In this document: positions 25,103 through 39,774 of the stretch, piece by piece
How the letters are laid out: each line of letters begins with the position of its first letter
Numbering within the stretch: the first letter of the stretch is position 1
Assembly: GCF_009914755.1 (NCBI RefSeq)
Contig: NC_060930.1
Length of the DNA: 64,000 bases
Source: the human T2T-CHM13v2.0 reference genome, Homo sapiens
Strand: one strand, 5' to 3'
The notes under the pieces: model-generated
Database searches by the model: none
What the model was told of the DNA's origin: nothing
What the model saw: only the letters and a program-made list of their open reading frames with translations
Position numbers and translations under genes: made by a program

Positions 25103-25584
25103 CTCCTGGTGTCACTTCGGCCATTCAAAGTCAAATGTTCTTCTAAATCTAGGTATTCATTAAATTAACATTGTAGAGGGTTTGCTTTTTAATGAAATAG
25201 TTTTTTTTGAAACCTCACTAATTGGTATAGTGACTCTTGCATGGCTCTTCCATCGGTATACATATTTAAGTTTGAATTATTGCTAAATCCTCTTTGTGAA
25301 TAACTAACTTGGCCTTGTTCTTTAGTTCTGTGTCAACCTATTTGGTAGAAAGTGGCAAAAGTAGAGGCAAGAATATTTCAAATCATGCAAGTGATGCTGA
25401 ACTCAGTTTCTGTCATATATTTAAGCACATCTGATTATGGCCAACGTTTCCCTTCAACTTTCACTCTACATGATTGCAATATAGTTTTTCCACGAGTAAG
25501 TGAGAAGTGCAGATAATACTTTCAAAACAAAACAAAACAACGTTGGTGTTTAATAAGACCCTGAATAAGCTATTGATCTGTGAA

Positions 25585-25765
25585 TTAGCACCAGGCACGA
25601 TGTGAAGTAGTTTACATATATTATCTCATATCACCTTCTTAATAACTTAATGAGGTGCTATTATGATAAATATTATAGGGTGAAAAGGACTAATCATTAA
25701 GAAGTCAGGTCACTTGCCAAAGTTTACATAGTAAGTAAGTGGTGGACCTGGGATTTTGACTCATT
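25585..25765 (-). mobile_element. MIR
   Basis: ccaggcac...attatctcat...cacttgccaaagtttacatagtaagtaagtggtggacctgggattt. Confidence 0.75.
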
Positions 25766-28700
25766 GATTAATTGACACGACAAATAATTAAGTGTCTACT
25801 ATGCACCATGCAGTGTGCTAGGGAGGGAAGAATCATTTACTTACTCCTCAGTGACTCTAAGGCAGATTTAAGGCACGGCTTCTCTAAGCTCTTGTGTTGT
25901 CATTTGCCGCATGACACAGACATAGAAACTAGAGTGATTTTCCTCCTTGTCAAGCCCAATCATGGTGATGATTTTAAAAAATATTATTAATGATTACCTT
26001 TGGCTTCTAATCCCTAACGTGATATACTTATCTACTGATTACAGAAATCTTTGCTTAGTTTTATTTTCCAAGCAAACACAAAATATGATGGTAGGAAAAA
26101 AGAGTCCAGGTTGCTCCTTTCATAAAATCTTATTCCTAGGTTTCTCTCTTGTGGCACTTTAAAAAAAAGTATCCATGAAAGCCAAGGATTGATGTAAATA
26201 ACCATTAGGAAGAGCTTAATGTTGACAAGTAGAAGTCGAGTTTGTTTTAGAAAAACAATAGGAAAACCTGTTATATACTGTCTGCAATGCTAAATAAATA
26301 TTTCTCATCAGAAGAAATATCTGCTTATTACATTTTTGTCTTCCTGATTAGTATGCTTTATTCCTGACATCAACTTGAAAAAAGATGCAATAAATGAGAA
26401 GTTTAAATAACACAGGTATAAGACTGTTAACCTTGGGATCAAGGGATTATTTGTTAATATTTTTAAAATGATAATACCTTTATATTAAGGCTAGGTTCTA
26501 GACGCACCTCACATTCTCCACCCCTTTCTGGCTTTGCAGAAGCCATGACTGGGTCTGTGGAATAAAGCCTTAGCCATCCCGTGTGGTTGTTGTTTGCTAC
26601 TACAGCAGTAGCCATAGCTCTTACCCTCCCCTAGGAACAGCAAGTTGCATTGCTATCCTGGTTTCCCAGAAACAGTAATAAGAAAAGAGTAGGAAGTATA
26701 ATGGTAGACTACATGGTGGCACTAGTGGTGGATCAGGTGAAGTATATTGGATATCTGAGACTAGATGGGGTTTTTTTAAGTGTACTTACATAGGATCAAA
26801 CAACATTTAACTTTCTGAATATGCATTTAGTAAGTATAAGGCACAAGTTGTTTCTGTACATTCATTTTCATGGAAGGGGTGTGTGTGTGTATGTGTATGT
26901 GTGCAAGCATGCTCACAAGTGTAGAAGACAGGGATTATAGAAGTAAAATAATAATGCAAGATATGCAAAATTTAAACAGTTAAAATTTTAGGAAACCTAC
27001 ATGATTTCTAATGTTGCAAGATAAGAAAGCTTCTGCTAAAACCAACATATACAAAAACGTTACTTATGAAATACTTTTGTAGAGATTTCACCCATGAGCA
27101 ATAGAAAAAAAGGAAAGTTATTTAATATATTAGAAAACCCTAAGAAACGTGGTCTGTGGTCACTCCCTCTCTGGCACCTTTACCACAGTGATGACAGAGC
27201 TATGCGGAAAAGAATTTCTGTGCCAGTTCAGCCATCTGCTGTTGGCTCACAAATGGAGTTAACAGTCTAAAAGGAAAGTTTGTTTTGAGGTGCCATTCCC
27301 ATGTGCATACAATCCACAAACTGCAGTGTATAAACGTGGCTCAGTCTAATACCAAGTTAAGACTTGGTTTTTTTGAAGAGCATATTGCACAGCATTTTCT
27401 GGAAATGCTCCCAATATTAGATACATGTCACATTCGCATAGAAACATATGGTCTTCAATGTGCAATCTCAAATCGTCTACAGAGACTCTGCAATCAGAGA
27501 TTCCCTGTTTTACCTTCCTTTTATAAGTCAATTTTCACTTAGCAAACTATCACACTGTGGTGATTTGGAGGCATTATTTTAATTCCTAATGTAAATTTAC
27601 TTTTAACAGATGTGATTCTATGAATCATATAGCAGCATATGATATTAGTTATTAGCTGAAATGATGCCAAGGGGTGTTACGTGCTGGAAACTAGAGCAAC
27701 TGAGCCAAACCAAGGTCACCCCCATCACTGCCCTCACAGCTGGGTCAGGGAGGTCTGGCCTGGCCCTTGTCCATTCTGAAGGTTGAGAGAAAAATGGCGT
27801 CTTTATGATGCCCCCTGCCCACCGAGATACTCAGATATATTTCGCCCTGTCCTTGAAGCAGCCCCACTACTACTAACAGTGGCTCTGAAAATGTGGACTT
27901 GACAGATAGTACCTGTCACTGGCTTTCTATCCAGGCTCCATTCCTTTCTGGGCTGCAGGTTTGAAAATGGATGTGCCCCAGGGAACCTGAATACAGTGAG
28001 TTCACACACAAGCAGGAAAGAAGTGAGTTTCTTTTGGTTTGGGTTGAAGCAGTTGCTCAAACGTGATAGGCAGAAGAGGTAAGGATTTCACTGTGCTTTA
28101 ACAAAATGCTTCCATGGTAATCAGTCCTGTATACTGTATAATCACTATACAGAAACAAAGTGTGCACCAAAAGGTAAAGAATTTTCCTAGGACAAGACCG
28201 CAGCTCCACAAACAACCAAGGAAGCTGTTCAGAAACCTCTTTCTGTGCTCTCTTACTCCCCTGAGTTCATCCCCAGGCCCCAGGGCCTCCCATTCCAGAT
28301 GTGAAGAGGTGAAGACCACGCCTGGAATAACTCCGAATACAACACAATTGCTCCTCACATATCAGCTGTTCTTTTCCCTGTTCACTACTGAGAAAACATA
28401 GATAAATCACGGCACTTTCTGTCTAGCATTGAAAATGGTCATTTTAAGAATCAGGGCAGATGTTGGCTACACACAGAAAGCTGCCCAAGGGTAGGCTTGA
28501 AGCAAAATAAATTAAGAAACCCATCATGTACTCTTGAGTGCAGGGAAACAAACTGATAATAGCAACAAGTATGCATCCTTTTCAAGTAAAGATAATGAGT
28601 CAACCTGCTGATTGCATATTGTGGTGACTGAATACATTGTGCAATGATTAACAAAAGAACTGATTGTTCGTAATTCAAGGAATATCTTTCCATTTACTGA

Positions 28701-29009
28701 GGCTTTACTTAACCTCTAGCAATAGTTTTGTCAAGTTATTCACAAAGGCCGTATAAATCTTTTGTTAGATTATTCCAAGGTTCAGCATATTTTTGATGCA
28801 CGCAATTTTAAATGGTAGCTTAGAAAAATCACATCTTCTGCCTGTTGTTAGCATACAGAAATGCAATTGATTTCAGTATGCTGAATTTTTATTCAGCAAA
28901 GTTATACATTCTCTTATGAATTTATATGACTTATCGTTATATTCTTTTGAGCTTTGTAGTCACATTAGCTATGAATAATGATAGGTTCTTACTTTCCAAC
29001 CTTGAAACT

Positions 29010-29360
29010 TGCTATGTTTTGAATGTGTCCCTCAAATTTCATATGTTGGAAACTTAATCCCCAAATTCGTATGTTGATGGTATTTGGAGGTGGGGCCTTT
29101 GGGAGGTAATTAAGATTAGATAAGGCCATCAGAGTGGGGCCCTCATAATGAGACTGGTGGCTTTATAAGAAGAGAAAGGAGATCTTAGCTGGCATGCTCT
29201 TGCCCTCTGCCATGTTATGACACAGGAGAAAGGTCCTGACCAGATACCATTGCCACGTTCTAGGACATTCCAGCCTTCAGAACTATGAGCCAAATGAACT
29301 CTTTTCTTTGTAAATTACCCAGGCTGTGGTATTCTGTTGTAACAACATAAAACAAAGACA
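29010..29360 (+). mobile_element. MST (MSTC/D-like) MaLR solo LTR
   Basis: tgctatgttttgaatgtgtccc...taaattacccaggctgtggtattctgttgtaacaaca...aagaca. Confidence 0.85.
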
Positions 29361-29519
29361 ATAACTTTTGTTCTTTTACTAGCCATATTCCTTTCAGTGG
29401 ACTGGTCATAATGAATATAATCGTGTTTTTTCCCAATCTTAAAAATAACCTTTGAGCATTTTTGCCGTATTTTCCACAGTTTTTAAATAGATCTTTTTCT
29501 ATTAGATTAATGAAAATTT

Positions 29520-29839
29520 GGCTGGGTTCAGTGGCTCACACCTGTAATCTCAGCACTTTGGGAGGCAAAGGTGGATGAATTGCTTGTGCCCAGGAGTTCG
29601 AGACCAGCCTGGGCAACATAGTGAAAAATCTGTCTCTACAAAAAAAAAAAAAAAAAGCTAGCCAGGTGTGATGGTGCATGCCTGTAGTCCCAGCTCCCTG
29701 GGAGGCTATGGTGGGAAGATCACAGGAGCCCAGGAGGCCGAGGCTGCAGTGTGCTGCAATTGTGCCACTGTACTCTAGCCTGGGTGACAGAGTGAGACCT
29801 TGCCCCCATACCCCCACCCCCAAAAACAAGAAAAAAAAA
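29520..29839 (+). mobile_element. AluJ
   Basis: J-type ttgcttgtgcccaggagttcgagaccagcctgggcaacatag and ggtgggaagatcac. Confidence 0.92.
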
Positions 29840-31769
29840 GTCCTCTATTTCTAGTTTGATACGTTTTTAACCATGACTGCATGAGAAATTTTTTAAAATA
29901 CTTTTTCAGCATCTACTGAGATCATGTAATTGTTTTAATCTGTCAATATGGTAAATTACATTATTGATTATTTATGTTTACATAACATGACTATTTCATG
30001 TTACTCCAGACAGGTATATCTGGAATAAATCCTAGAGGGTTGTGAGATATATATCTATGGATATATACATATATCTATATATGTGTCTATATCTATTTCT
30101 AAATTTGCTTTCCTAGTATTTGTAGTCATATCATCCTTTAACAACATTTTAATTTCAGATTTATATTTGTTAAGTGTACTTTTTTATTCCTAATATTATT
30201 TGTGTCTTTAGTATTTTTTTCTTGATCAGTCTTGTGAGATGTGTATCTATTTTCTTTGCTTTTTAAAGAGCAAACTATTATATTTATTATATTTATTTTA
30301 TTTTTTTCTTTGTTGATGTCTGGAATTATTTTTATTATTTTATTTATCCATTTTCTTTAGGTTCTTTCTGTTGTCTTTTTTCTGACATCTTATGTTGGAT
30401 GCTTAGTTCACTAATTTTCAGCCTCTGTTCCTTTCTGATGAAAAAAAAATAAAGCTCACCAATTTTCCTTGAAGAGCCATTATAGCCACACATGTAAAAG
30501 GATCAATTTTTAGTATATAGAATTTTTTTTTTATTTTGTATTTTTCTACATTAATAATACCATCTAATTTCCTTTATGATTTCTTCTTTGATCCATTAGT
30601 TACTTAAGAGGTTTTCTTAATTTTCAATATGGGTTGACCTAGTTAAGTTTTCTAACTTCATTTCATTGTATTCAAAGAATACTGGGTATAAGAAATTAAT
30701 CTTTGGCTTTGATGATTCTTGCTTTATGACTTAAATATGTGTGTTTGAATAAAGAGAATGTATTATTTGTGATGAATATCACATTTATAAATTTGTGTCA
30801 GATATAGTACTTATGTATATATATATTTTTATATAGCATTTGTTAATTTTATTGCTTAAATTTTATCTATGGCTCCCTCTTATTTCACTGAGACAAATAG
30901 ATTTAGAAATCTCCCATTACATTGCTGAAATGATCTATTTCTTCTTTTAAAAAGAGCTTCAAGCTCATTCATATTTTTTTGGTAATTATTTTACTTGAAA
31001 CAATGGTTTTGAAGATACTGGCTATCAAGCATTGAAAACTAACAATCCCTAAGAGACAGAAACAAATAAGGTGAGTCTTAACATTACTCCAACTTACTGC
31101 CTTGAGAGCGTTTCCAGGCTGGGGCCTAAGGCTAAAGTGAGGAGATAAAGCTGAGAGTTGAGGGAGACGATGGCCTCCAAATTTCACAGGACAAAATATT
31201 GGTGAGAGGTGCTCAGAGACAGAGTGTCAGAGATCTGCAAAGACTTGTTCAAGTTTATGCATGTGAGAAAACTAAAAAGAACCTACCCAAAAGGATTAGA
31301 GATAACAGTGTCAGGGACCCACGAGGGTAAGGAACAGTGCCTCTTATACCCACCAGTGAAACTGAAAACCTTGCTGGTTCACAGAGCATTGAGTAGAATA
31401 CACAGAGTGGCCGGCCTCTGGTGGGCAACAGTAAGTCCTAGACTGACCCTTATTCCAGTTCTGCCTAACAACCAACAACGTGACCTGGAAGGATAAAACT
31501 ATTTCCAAGTAACTTAACTCGGTCCCAGAACAACGACCAAAAATATCTGTAGAAGAGAAAAAAACATATCTAATAATCCACAAAGCATAAGTCACAATAT
31601 CTGATATCCAGATATTGTGGTCAACAGAAACTGACGAGGAATGCAATAAATACCTATATTAGAAAAGAAGATCTCAAATCAATGACATTTTCTATAATAT
31701 AAAACTAAATAAAGAAGAACAAATTAAATCCAAAGAAAGTAAATCAGAGTCAAAATCAATTATATAAAA

Positions 31770-31964
31770 CAGGGATGGACAAATTTTTTCTGTAAAGTGT
31801 CAGACAATAAATATTGTCATCTTTGTAAGTCTCCTATGGTTTTGTTGCATATTCTTATTATTTCTTTTTACAACCCTTTAAAAAAGTAAAAATCATTCTT
31901 AGATGCAAGGCCTTACAAAAACAGAGCTAAATTTGGTCTACAGACTGTAATTTACCCAATACTG
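31770..31964 (+). mobile_element. MER58-like hAT-Charlie element
   Basis: cagggatggacaaattttttctgtaaag...aaaatcattcttag...tttacccaatactg; flanks ATATAAAA / AAGTAAAA. Confidence 0.75.
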
Positions 31965-32358
31965 AAGTAAAAAGCAAAAAAGAAAAAGAGAGAGAGAAAG
32001 AGAGACAGAAATTCTAAAAATCAACAGCAAATTAGTTGAGATAGTACAATAGATAAACATGTAGGCAGAGAGAGAAGACATAAATTATAACATCAGCAAA
32101 GGCAAAGGTTACATCACTACAGATTGTGCAGATATTAAAAATATAAAGACAGATTATGGACAATTTTATACCAGTAAATTTGACTACTTGGATGAAATGG
32201 ACAAATTCTTTGAAAGACATAGTCAGTCAATAAAAAAGAGATAATAACCTGAATAGAATTTGTTGAAGAGACTGATTTTGTAAAAACCTTTCAGTGAATT
32301 CTAGCAAATATTTAGGGTAAAAATTACATGAATCTACACAAACTTTAGCAGAAAATTA

Positions 32359-32741
<383 letters not shown>

Positions 32742-34170
32742 TTACATTCCTCAGAAACAGATAAAAAATTAACATTTTTCACAAATGAAATTCAACACTG
32801 TATTTTAAAAAGTACATTATGATCAAGTAGAGTACATTCCAATAATGAGAGGTGATGCAAAACGGGAAGAGAAGTAAACTTCCTTGCCCTGATAAAGAGA
32901 ATCTATGGAGGACCTACAGCTAACTTTATAGTTGACGGTAAAAGACTGAAGGCTTTCCCCTTAAAAGGAGGAACACAGTGAGGATGTCTGCTCTTATCAG
33001 TTCTATTCAACATTGTACTGGAGGTTTTAGTCAATGCAATAATTCCAAATTAAGAACTCCAGATAAACAAAAGACATCGAGGCTGGGAAAGAAGAAGAAA
33101 AACTGTATTCCTTCAAAGATGGCATAGTTTCTATGTGAAAATCCTATGGGAACTCCTACCAGAAGTACTAAGTGAGTTTAGCCAAGTTGGAAGAGAATAA
33201 GCTCAATATACAAAATTAATTGTATTTCTACATACTAGCAACAAACTGTTGGAAATTAAAACGTTAACACTACCATTTACCACATCATTTAAAAAAATAT
33301 AAAACAGGAAAACATCTGACCAAACAACAGAAAGAAACAGAAGAGACATTGAAAACCCAAAACAAAACACCACTGAGAGGAAATAAAGTAGCCTCAAGTA
33401 AATGAAGTATGTTATGTTACAGGTTAGAAGACTCAGTGTTGTCAAAATATCAATACTCTCCAAATTCATCTATAGATTCATTGCAATCCTAATCAAAATC
33501 ACAACAGGCTTTATTTATTTATTTTAGAAACTGACAAAGTGATTCTAAATTTTATAGAGTAACACAAATGACCTGGAATATCTAAAACAAAGTTAGAGAA
33601 CACTACTAAATTTTTAGAACTAATCAAGCTACCGTAAAAAAGAGTACGTTATTGGTACAGATACAGACAAATAGATCAATAGAACAGAAGACTCCAGAAA
33701 CAGACACAAACATGTTGACAACTGATCTTGATAAAGGAGCAGAGGCTATTCAGTGCAGAATGAATAGTCTTTTCAAAATACCATACTGTAGCAATTAGAG
33801 ATTGATATGCAAAAAATGAACTTTGATTTCTGCTTTACATCATATACAAAATTAACACACAATTGATCATAGTCTTAAATTTAAAACCTAAAACTATATA
33901 ACTTCTAGAAGAAAACAAAATAATTCCTTTATGACCTTGGGTTAAGAAAACACTTTTTAGCTAAGATCCCCAAAGCATGACCAAAAAAAAGAGCAAAGTT
34001 ACAAATTAAATGTGTTAAATTTAAGACTTTCTGCTTGTGAAATATACTATTAAAATATAGAAAAGACAAGTCACGAACTTGGATAAAGCATTTGCAAGTT
34101 ATATATCTGATAAAGAGGACTTATGTCTGTAATGTAGCACATGCAGAACTCAATGGTAAGAAAACAACTC

Positions 34171-34400
34171 ACCATCCTGGGCAACAGAGCGAGACCCTGA
34201 CTCTATAAAAAATAAAAAAATAATAAAAATCCAAGCAAGGTGGCATGTGCCTGTAGTCCCATCTCTTCAGGAGGCTGAGATGGGAGGATCACTTGAGCCT
34301 AAGGAGGTTGAGTCTGCAGTGATCCATGATCCTGCCACTGTACTCCGGCCTGGGCCACAGAGCGAGTCTACGTTTCCAAAAATAAAAATAAAAAATAAAA
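34171..34400 (+). mobile_element. 5'-truncated AluJ
   Basis: accatcctgggcaacagagcgagaccc...gggaggatcacttgagcc; flanks aaaacaactca / aaaacaaccca. Confidence 0.85.
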
Positions 34401-35007
34401 CAACCCAATAAAAAGTGGAAAATGAAGAAAACAACCCAATAAAAAAATGGGCAAAAGATTTGAATGGACACTGCAGCAAAGAAGACATATAGATGGCAAA
34501 TAAGTACCTGAGAAGATGCCCAGCATTACTTTCTATTAGGAAAATGCAAATTAAGACCACAATGAGATACTACTACACACCTGTCAAATTGAATACCTTT
34601 TAATTAAAAGGTAGACCAAACCAAGTGTTGTCAAGAATATAAAACAACTAGAATTCATCTATGTTTCTGGTCTAAATGGAAAATGGTACAACTACTTTGG
34701 AGAAGAGATTGCCATTTTCTTTGGGACCAGGACATTTCGCAGGGAAGTATTTGCACAAGAGGCAAAAAAAAGCACATGACTACACAAAGAACTGTATACA
34801 AATGTCCAGCTTTACATGTACTCGTCAAAACCTATTTAAACCCAAATGTCAGAACAGATAAACAAACTGTAGTATATATTTATGCAATGAAATAATATTC
34901 AGCAATAAAAAGGAAGGCACTTGCAAAATACACTGTAACATAGATGAATCTCAAAATGATTGTAATGGATGAAAGAATCCAGTCAAAATGTATATACCCT
35001 GAGGTTT

Positions 35008-35045
35008 TTGTGTGTGTTTGTGTGTGTGTGTGTATGGGTGTGTGT
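35008..35045 (+). repeat. (TG)n microsatellite, imperfect
   Basis: Direct reading. Confidence 0.85.
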
Positions 35046-35412
35046 TTATTAAAATATATGTAACTTTTCTGCTAGAGTTTTTTTCCTGTGGTATAAAAAC
35101 AAGGTAGTTTTCCTACCACCTTTGAGTAGATAAGTGTACTTAACATTAAATGCCAAAGGTAGACACCAGCAAGCTTTTGAGCCACCCCCTCCGGACACCA
35201 GAGTGCTACTTATTCTAACATACCCTACCGGGTCAGATACAAATGAAAGACAGACTGAGCAGGGGACACAGAGCTCAGTAATATTGACAGCGGGGTTCAA
35301 AAGGATTTGAGACATGGACTTCACAAACAGCAGCACCGTAGGTCTCCCTGAAGCACTCCCAGTGAATTCCTATGGTTGGCAATATCTGGAAGATCTCTGC
35401 ACCCAGGTCATC

Positions 35413-35426
35413 CCACCAGGGGGCCC
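35413..35426 (+). promoter_or_regulatory. Candidate CTCF site
   Basis: CCACCAGGGGGCCC matches the core CCACCAGGGGGCGC at 13 of 14 positions. Confidence 0.5.
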
Positions 35427-36859
35427 TGAGAACCAGAACTACTTTTTATCACTGTGCTTCACGTAGTCTATGAAGCAGAAAAGGCAGATTACGGCAGGTT
35501 GTCACAAAGAACAAGGTGAGTCAAACCGCAGGACTGCCTTTACTTAAGCATACAACAGAAAAGGCTGTGTGTCAAACTTTCTGAACCATTTATCTTTTAT
35601 AGACTGCTGAAGACTGTTGAGTTCAGCGTCTCTTAATCCAAAGCGCTGTTTTAGAAAAGATAATCTACGTGGCAAAAAATCTGGTCAGGTCAGTGTGACT
35701 GCGCATCCTGGGGCCATCTTGATTATGAAAAACTCTAATATGGGAGGAGAGAGACTTTCAGTAACAATCACTCAGGGGAAAGCAATGGCATCACCCTGAA
35801 GGGCATGGATTAACAGATAAATAGTGAAGCAGGTTAAAATCTAACAGTCACATTCCTGTAAAAGATATCTTCATCTCACGTCTAATTATTTTCTTTTCCA
35901 TTGCTCTTCTCTAATTAGTACTTGCTTAGTAATGGAAGCATCGAGAAAGGACAGAGAGAGTATTATAATTCTAGCAATAGAAAGCTAGACACCTCATTTT
36001 CTAGATTTGATTACACATCTTAAAAGTATCCATTTTTCCCCAAATTTACATGGCACCTATAATGGCATAATTTAAACTTTAAGTAGATAAGATGAATAGA
36101 TGGGGACTGAATGCAGCGTGCTTACTTTAAAACAAAAATGTGGGTTCCTTATTTCCTAATGAGTAAACAGAAATAGAACTTTCCTATAATTTTCAATGCT
36201 GTATTTTATTTTGATTATCTTTACTAGTATGTTGAATGAGAAGTTTTTCACACACCAATGTCCACTGCAAATGTTTTTAGAAGTTCTCACTAAGTGGTGG
36301 TAGCAGGCCAATGCCACCATGCTCTCAACCTCATCGTGTGGCAGGTTGATTTAGTCAGCTTCCCATATTTTCCAAGTTCTGCTTTTATTTCCATCCCCTT
36401 AAGCAATGAAAGTCACACCATTAGAGTTGGCTCTAAGCTACCTAGGGTAAGAGTGGACGGTTAGCAGAAAATACATAAGCAATAACCAAATCTAATTTTT
36501 ATCTTTCTCTCGAATAGGCAGCACAAAAATTACTGGAACTGCTAAAAAAAAAAAATGAAATTGAGTGCTAAGCATTTCAGCAGCTATTCTTTCACATATA
36601 TTAAATGCTATTTAGCTATTATATATTATGTACATAAAATAAATGTTAAATGCTAAAATGTTAAATTTTAAAAACTAAGTATACGTATATGAATAAATTT
36701 TTAAAAAAATTCATATTCACATATGTATACTTAATTTTTTGAAGAATATTAAAGGTAAGACAATATAGAGACATGAATAATACACAATCTGCAAAAATTA
36801 ACTATTGGATTAATCAACTATGTAGTTTACCTTGTACATAGTTCCTGGAATTTTTGGAA

Positions 36860-36990
36860 AGTGGCATGATATAATAGAAAGAGTCCAGACATTAGAATTA
36901 GGTAGACTGATATTGAAACCCCACAGCCTACTTGATTTTGAGCATGTATTACTTAAGTTGTAGTGTCCTCATCTGTGAAATTCCATATAA
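36860..36990 (+). mobile_element. MIR
   Basis: agaaagagtccagac...agactg...gtcctcatctgtgaaat. Confidence 0.65.
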
Positions 36991-38404
36991 ATCTAATGTG
37001 GGGATTGACCAATTTTATGTGTCTGTAGTGTCAGTATTTGCTAGCACATATTGGCTAGCAAAGAATGTACAGTTTTTAATATGCAAATCTGCTAGAAGTA
37101 GGGACAAACTGCACACTTACAACTTAAGCATGCAATTCTCCATAGCTTTTATGATGATTGCAGTTATATTATTATTTTATCGTTATAAGTTCCACAAGTT
37201 TCTTTGACTATCCGAATATAACCAAACTAGTTTCCTTTATCTCTTCATATGAAATGGGTGTATTTGTCTAGAATTTAATTCTGCAGCATATGGAAATTTG
37301 CCTCTGCAATGTTATGTATTCCTGTGACATTCTCTGGACCATTCTCAACCGAAGAGGAAGGTATACACACCATTCCTTGATTTTTAAAAACTTAACAATA
37401 AAAGAAAACTAAGAGAGTGGTTGTTATCATACCTCGGTATTTAAAATAGCAAGGCAAAAGCATAAATCCTCTGACCATTTACTCACAATTGCTCATGAGG
37501 CAGATAGTGGCAACTTTTAAGAAGACAAGATGAGAATAAAATTGCGTCACAAAGCAGTCTCTTGATTACCAATATTAAAATCATTTGTACTTATCAGGAA
37601 CAATGGGGAGATCAGACCTTCTAACTCTAAATGAGTAATATAACAGATTATAGTCTCTATTTTGGCCAGAATCACAAAATGTACTTTTTAAAGTATACTT
37701 TAAAAATATGGATCATATGAAGTATGCATAAAAATAAGATGGCATTTCCACCTCTAATTAGCAGCTGGAAAAGCTAGAGTAAGTGTATGGCAAATCTCTA
37801 CTATGGCCAATTATATTTCCAATGAAGCAATAAAGCATACATTTATTACATAATTTAACAGATATATATATTTTCAGTTCCTTCCTCCCTTCGTTATACT
37901 GAGGAATCTTCCTCTGGACAGTGCTATCCTCAGATGTTTTACTCTTTGTATTATTTGTCTTTACTGTGTCTATCAACCATCAGCAAACCATTAATTGAAT
38001 AAGTTGACGTATTAGCTTTTATATTTTTGAACTAAGCAAATAAATTACTAGTTTATTTATGCAGTTATCCTTATTTGGAGACTCTTAAAATATCATATGA
38101 AAGGTTTTTTTTTAAATGCAAACACAATTTACTTTTCCTCAGTCAATTAAAAAAATAATATTGTTACTCTCACTTAAAAGAATATACATCAACAACAGAA
38201 ATACTCATTAAATGGAACTATGTCAGGCTCTGTGGGAGATTAGAAATACAAAGCCTATAAGACAGTCTACAGGTTTGAATTTCTCTTTAAAAATATTTAT
38301 TATATTTTTCTGTTTTCATAGAATTAGAGAATAATATATAGTTTCATGTTATATTGATAATAGAGAAATTGGACTTTATTTACAATTTAATTATAGGTGT
38401 TTGA

Positions 38405-38491
38405 AATTATGTTCTAGGCTAGAGATCTAAAACATAATTATGTTTTAGATCTAGAACATAATTATGTTCTAGGCTAGAGATCTAAAACATA
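38405..38491. repeat. Direct 32-bp duplication with inverted spacer, forming two perfect palindromes
   Basis: 38405-38436 is identical to 38460-38491; palindromes at 38423-38452 (30 bp) and 38451-38472 (22 bp). Confidence 0.95.
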
Positions 38492-38573
38492 GATCTCACA
38501 TTATCTATTTAATTAAGAGACTTTTTAAAAGGCAAGATATGAGAACTGGAACTTAAATTTTAACACCATCTGT

Positions 38574-38576
<3 letters not shown>

Positions 38577-38604
<28 letters not shown>

Positions 38605-38606
38605 AA
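38577..38606 (+). repeat. (TCTA)n(TA)n microsatellite
   Basis: Direct reading. Confidence 0.85.
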
Positions 38607-39774
38607 CAATTTAGTTTTTCATTTTGTGTAGATATATATACACACACACATATATGATTTCTGGGAGGAGTCAGGAAATACCTCTAAACAATACATACTG
38701 TCTCTCTAAAGTCCTTCACCAATTACTTCCCATATTAAGTACTGAAACAAAAACCATTTACCTAACTGCAGCTGTAGTAGCAAGAAGAAAAGCCCATTTC
38801 TTCAGCATGAATAAAAGGCAAAAGTAAGCAGGAAAGTGGGTTGGAGATGAAAAAAGAAATTACTCAGGACAAACTGGGTATTTCCTTTTGAACCAAATTA
38901 AAAAAAAAAAACATGGTCAATTTTGATGGATTCTAACATTCATCTCAGGGACCCTGAGTGACATAAAGGAAACCAAGTCAGGAACAATGTCTCTGTCTTC
39001 GGAAGTCTCCTGTGAAGCAGAATTTGTTTACAAGGTAAAGGATTAATTAGGTTTACCTTAACTGATCTATTTGACAAAAACTCAAATGTAAATTATTAAG
39101 AGCAAAGATCAACTCATCAAAAGAAATGAAGATTCTGCATACAAGTGCCCAGCAGATCCATCTATAGGTTGATACAGGGAGTACTTATACAGGAGTCTTG
39201 TTGGTCCTCCAGTATACAGGGCTATCTCAGACATTCTGTGTGAGGGCACTGTGGGCACTTTACACCTGCCACATTCAGAGACAAGGCCAAAACCACCAAC
39301 GTGACCTTTATTATCTCCCTTAAATGTAGATTTCTGTAATTAAATATCTTCTACCCTTGGTCACTACTACTTAGCAGGATTACGCTATTCAATAAATTGA
39401 CTACGTAATGTAGAAAGCAGAAAATGTTCTTGCAGCTTTAATCTTCTCTAACTGAAAGATGCTAATCTTTCTACTCTGTGGTCCTAAATTGTGCCCCTTG
39501 CTGCTTTCATAGCCGTCCCCCCACCCCCATCCCATTTCTTCCAGGGCCATCATTTCCTCTTTCAGGACAAGAAATGACTACAGTGTTCCATGAATATAAT
39601 ACCATGGTTTACACCACGATAAGAGACTGTGTTTCACTATGATTGCTGTAAGGTGGCCACATGGGCCCCAGACTACCATAGTAGACTACAATATTTAAGA
39701 AATAATCTAATATATAATACATTTTTTTTTGCTTGGTCAAAACAAAGTTTAAATTAAATATTAAAATCACATAA

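Larger units (their letters stand above)
28700..30960 (-). mobile_element. Old L1M/L1ME fragments, interrupted by an MST LTR and an AluJ
   Basis: Antisense ORF2 motifs (tacagaaatgcaattgattt, gcatctactgagatcatg, ttcttgatcagtcttg). Confidence 0.7.

Noticed and set aside
27228-27248. CTCF-like ACAGCAGATGGCTG on the minus strand
   Set aside because: Mismatches at core positions; equally explained as a lone E-box.
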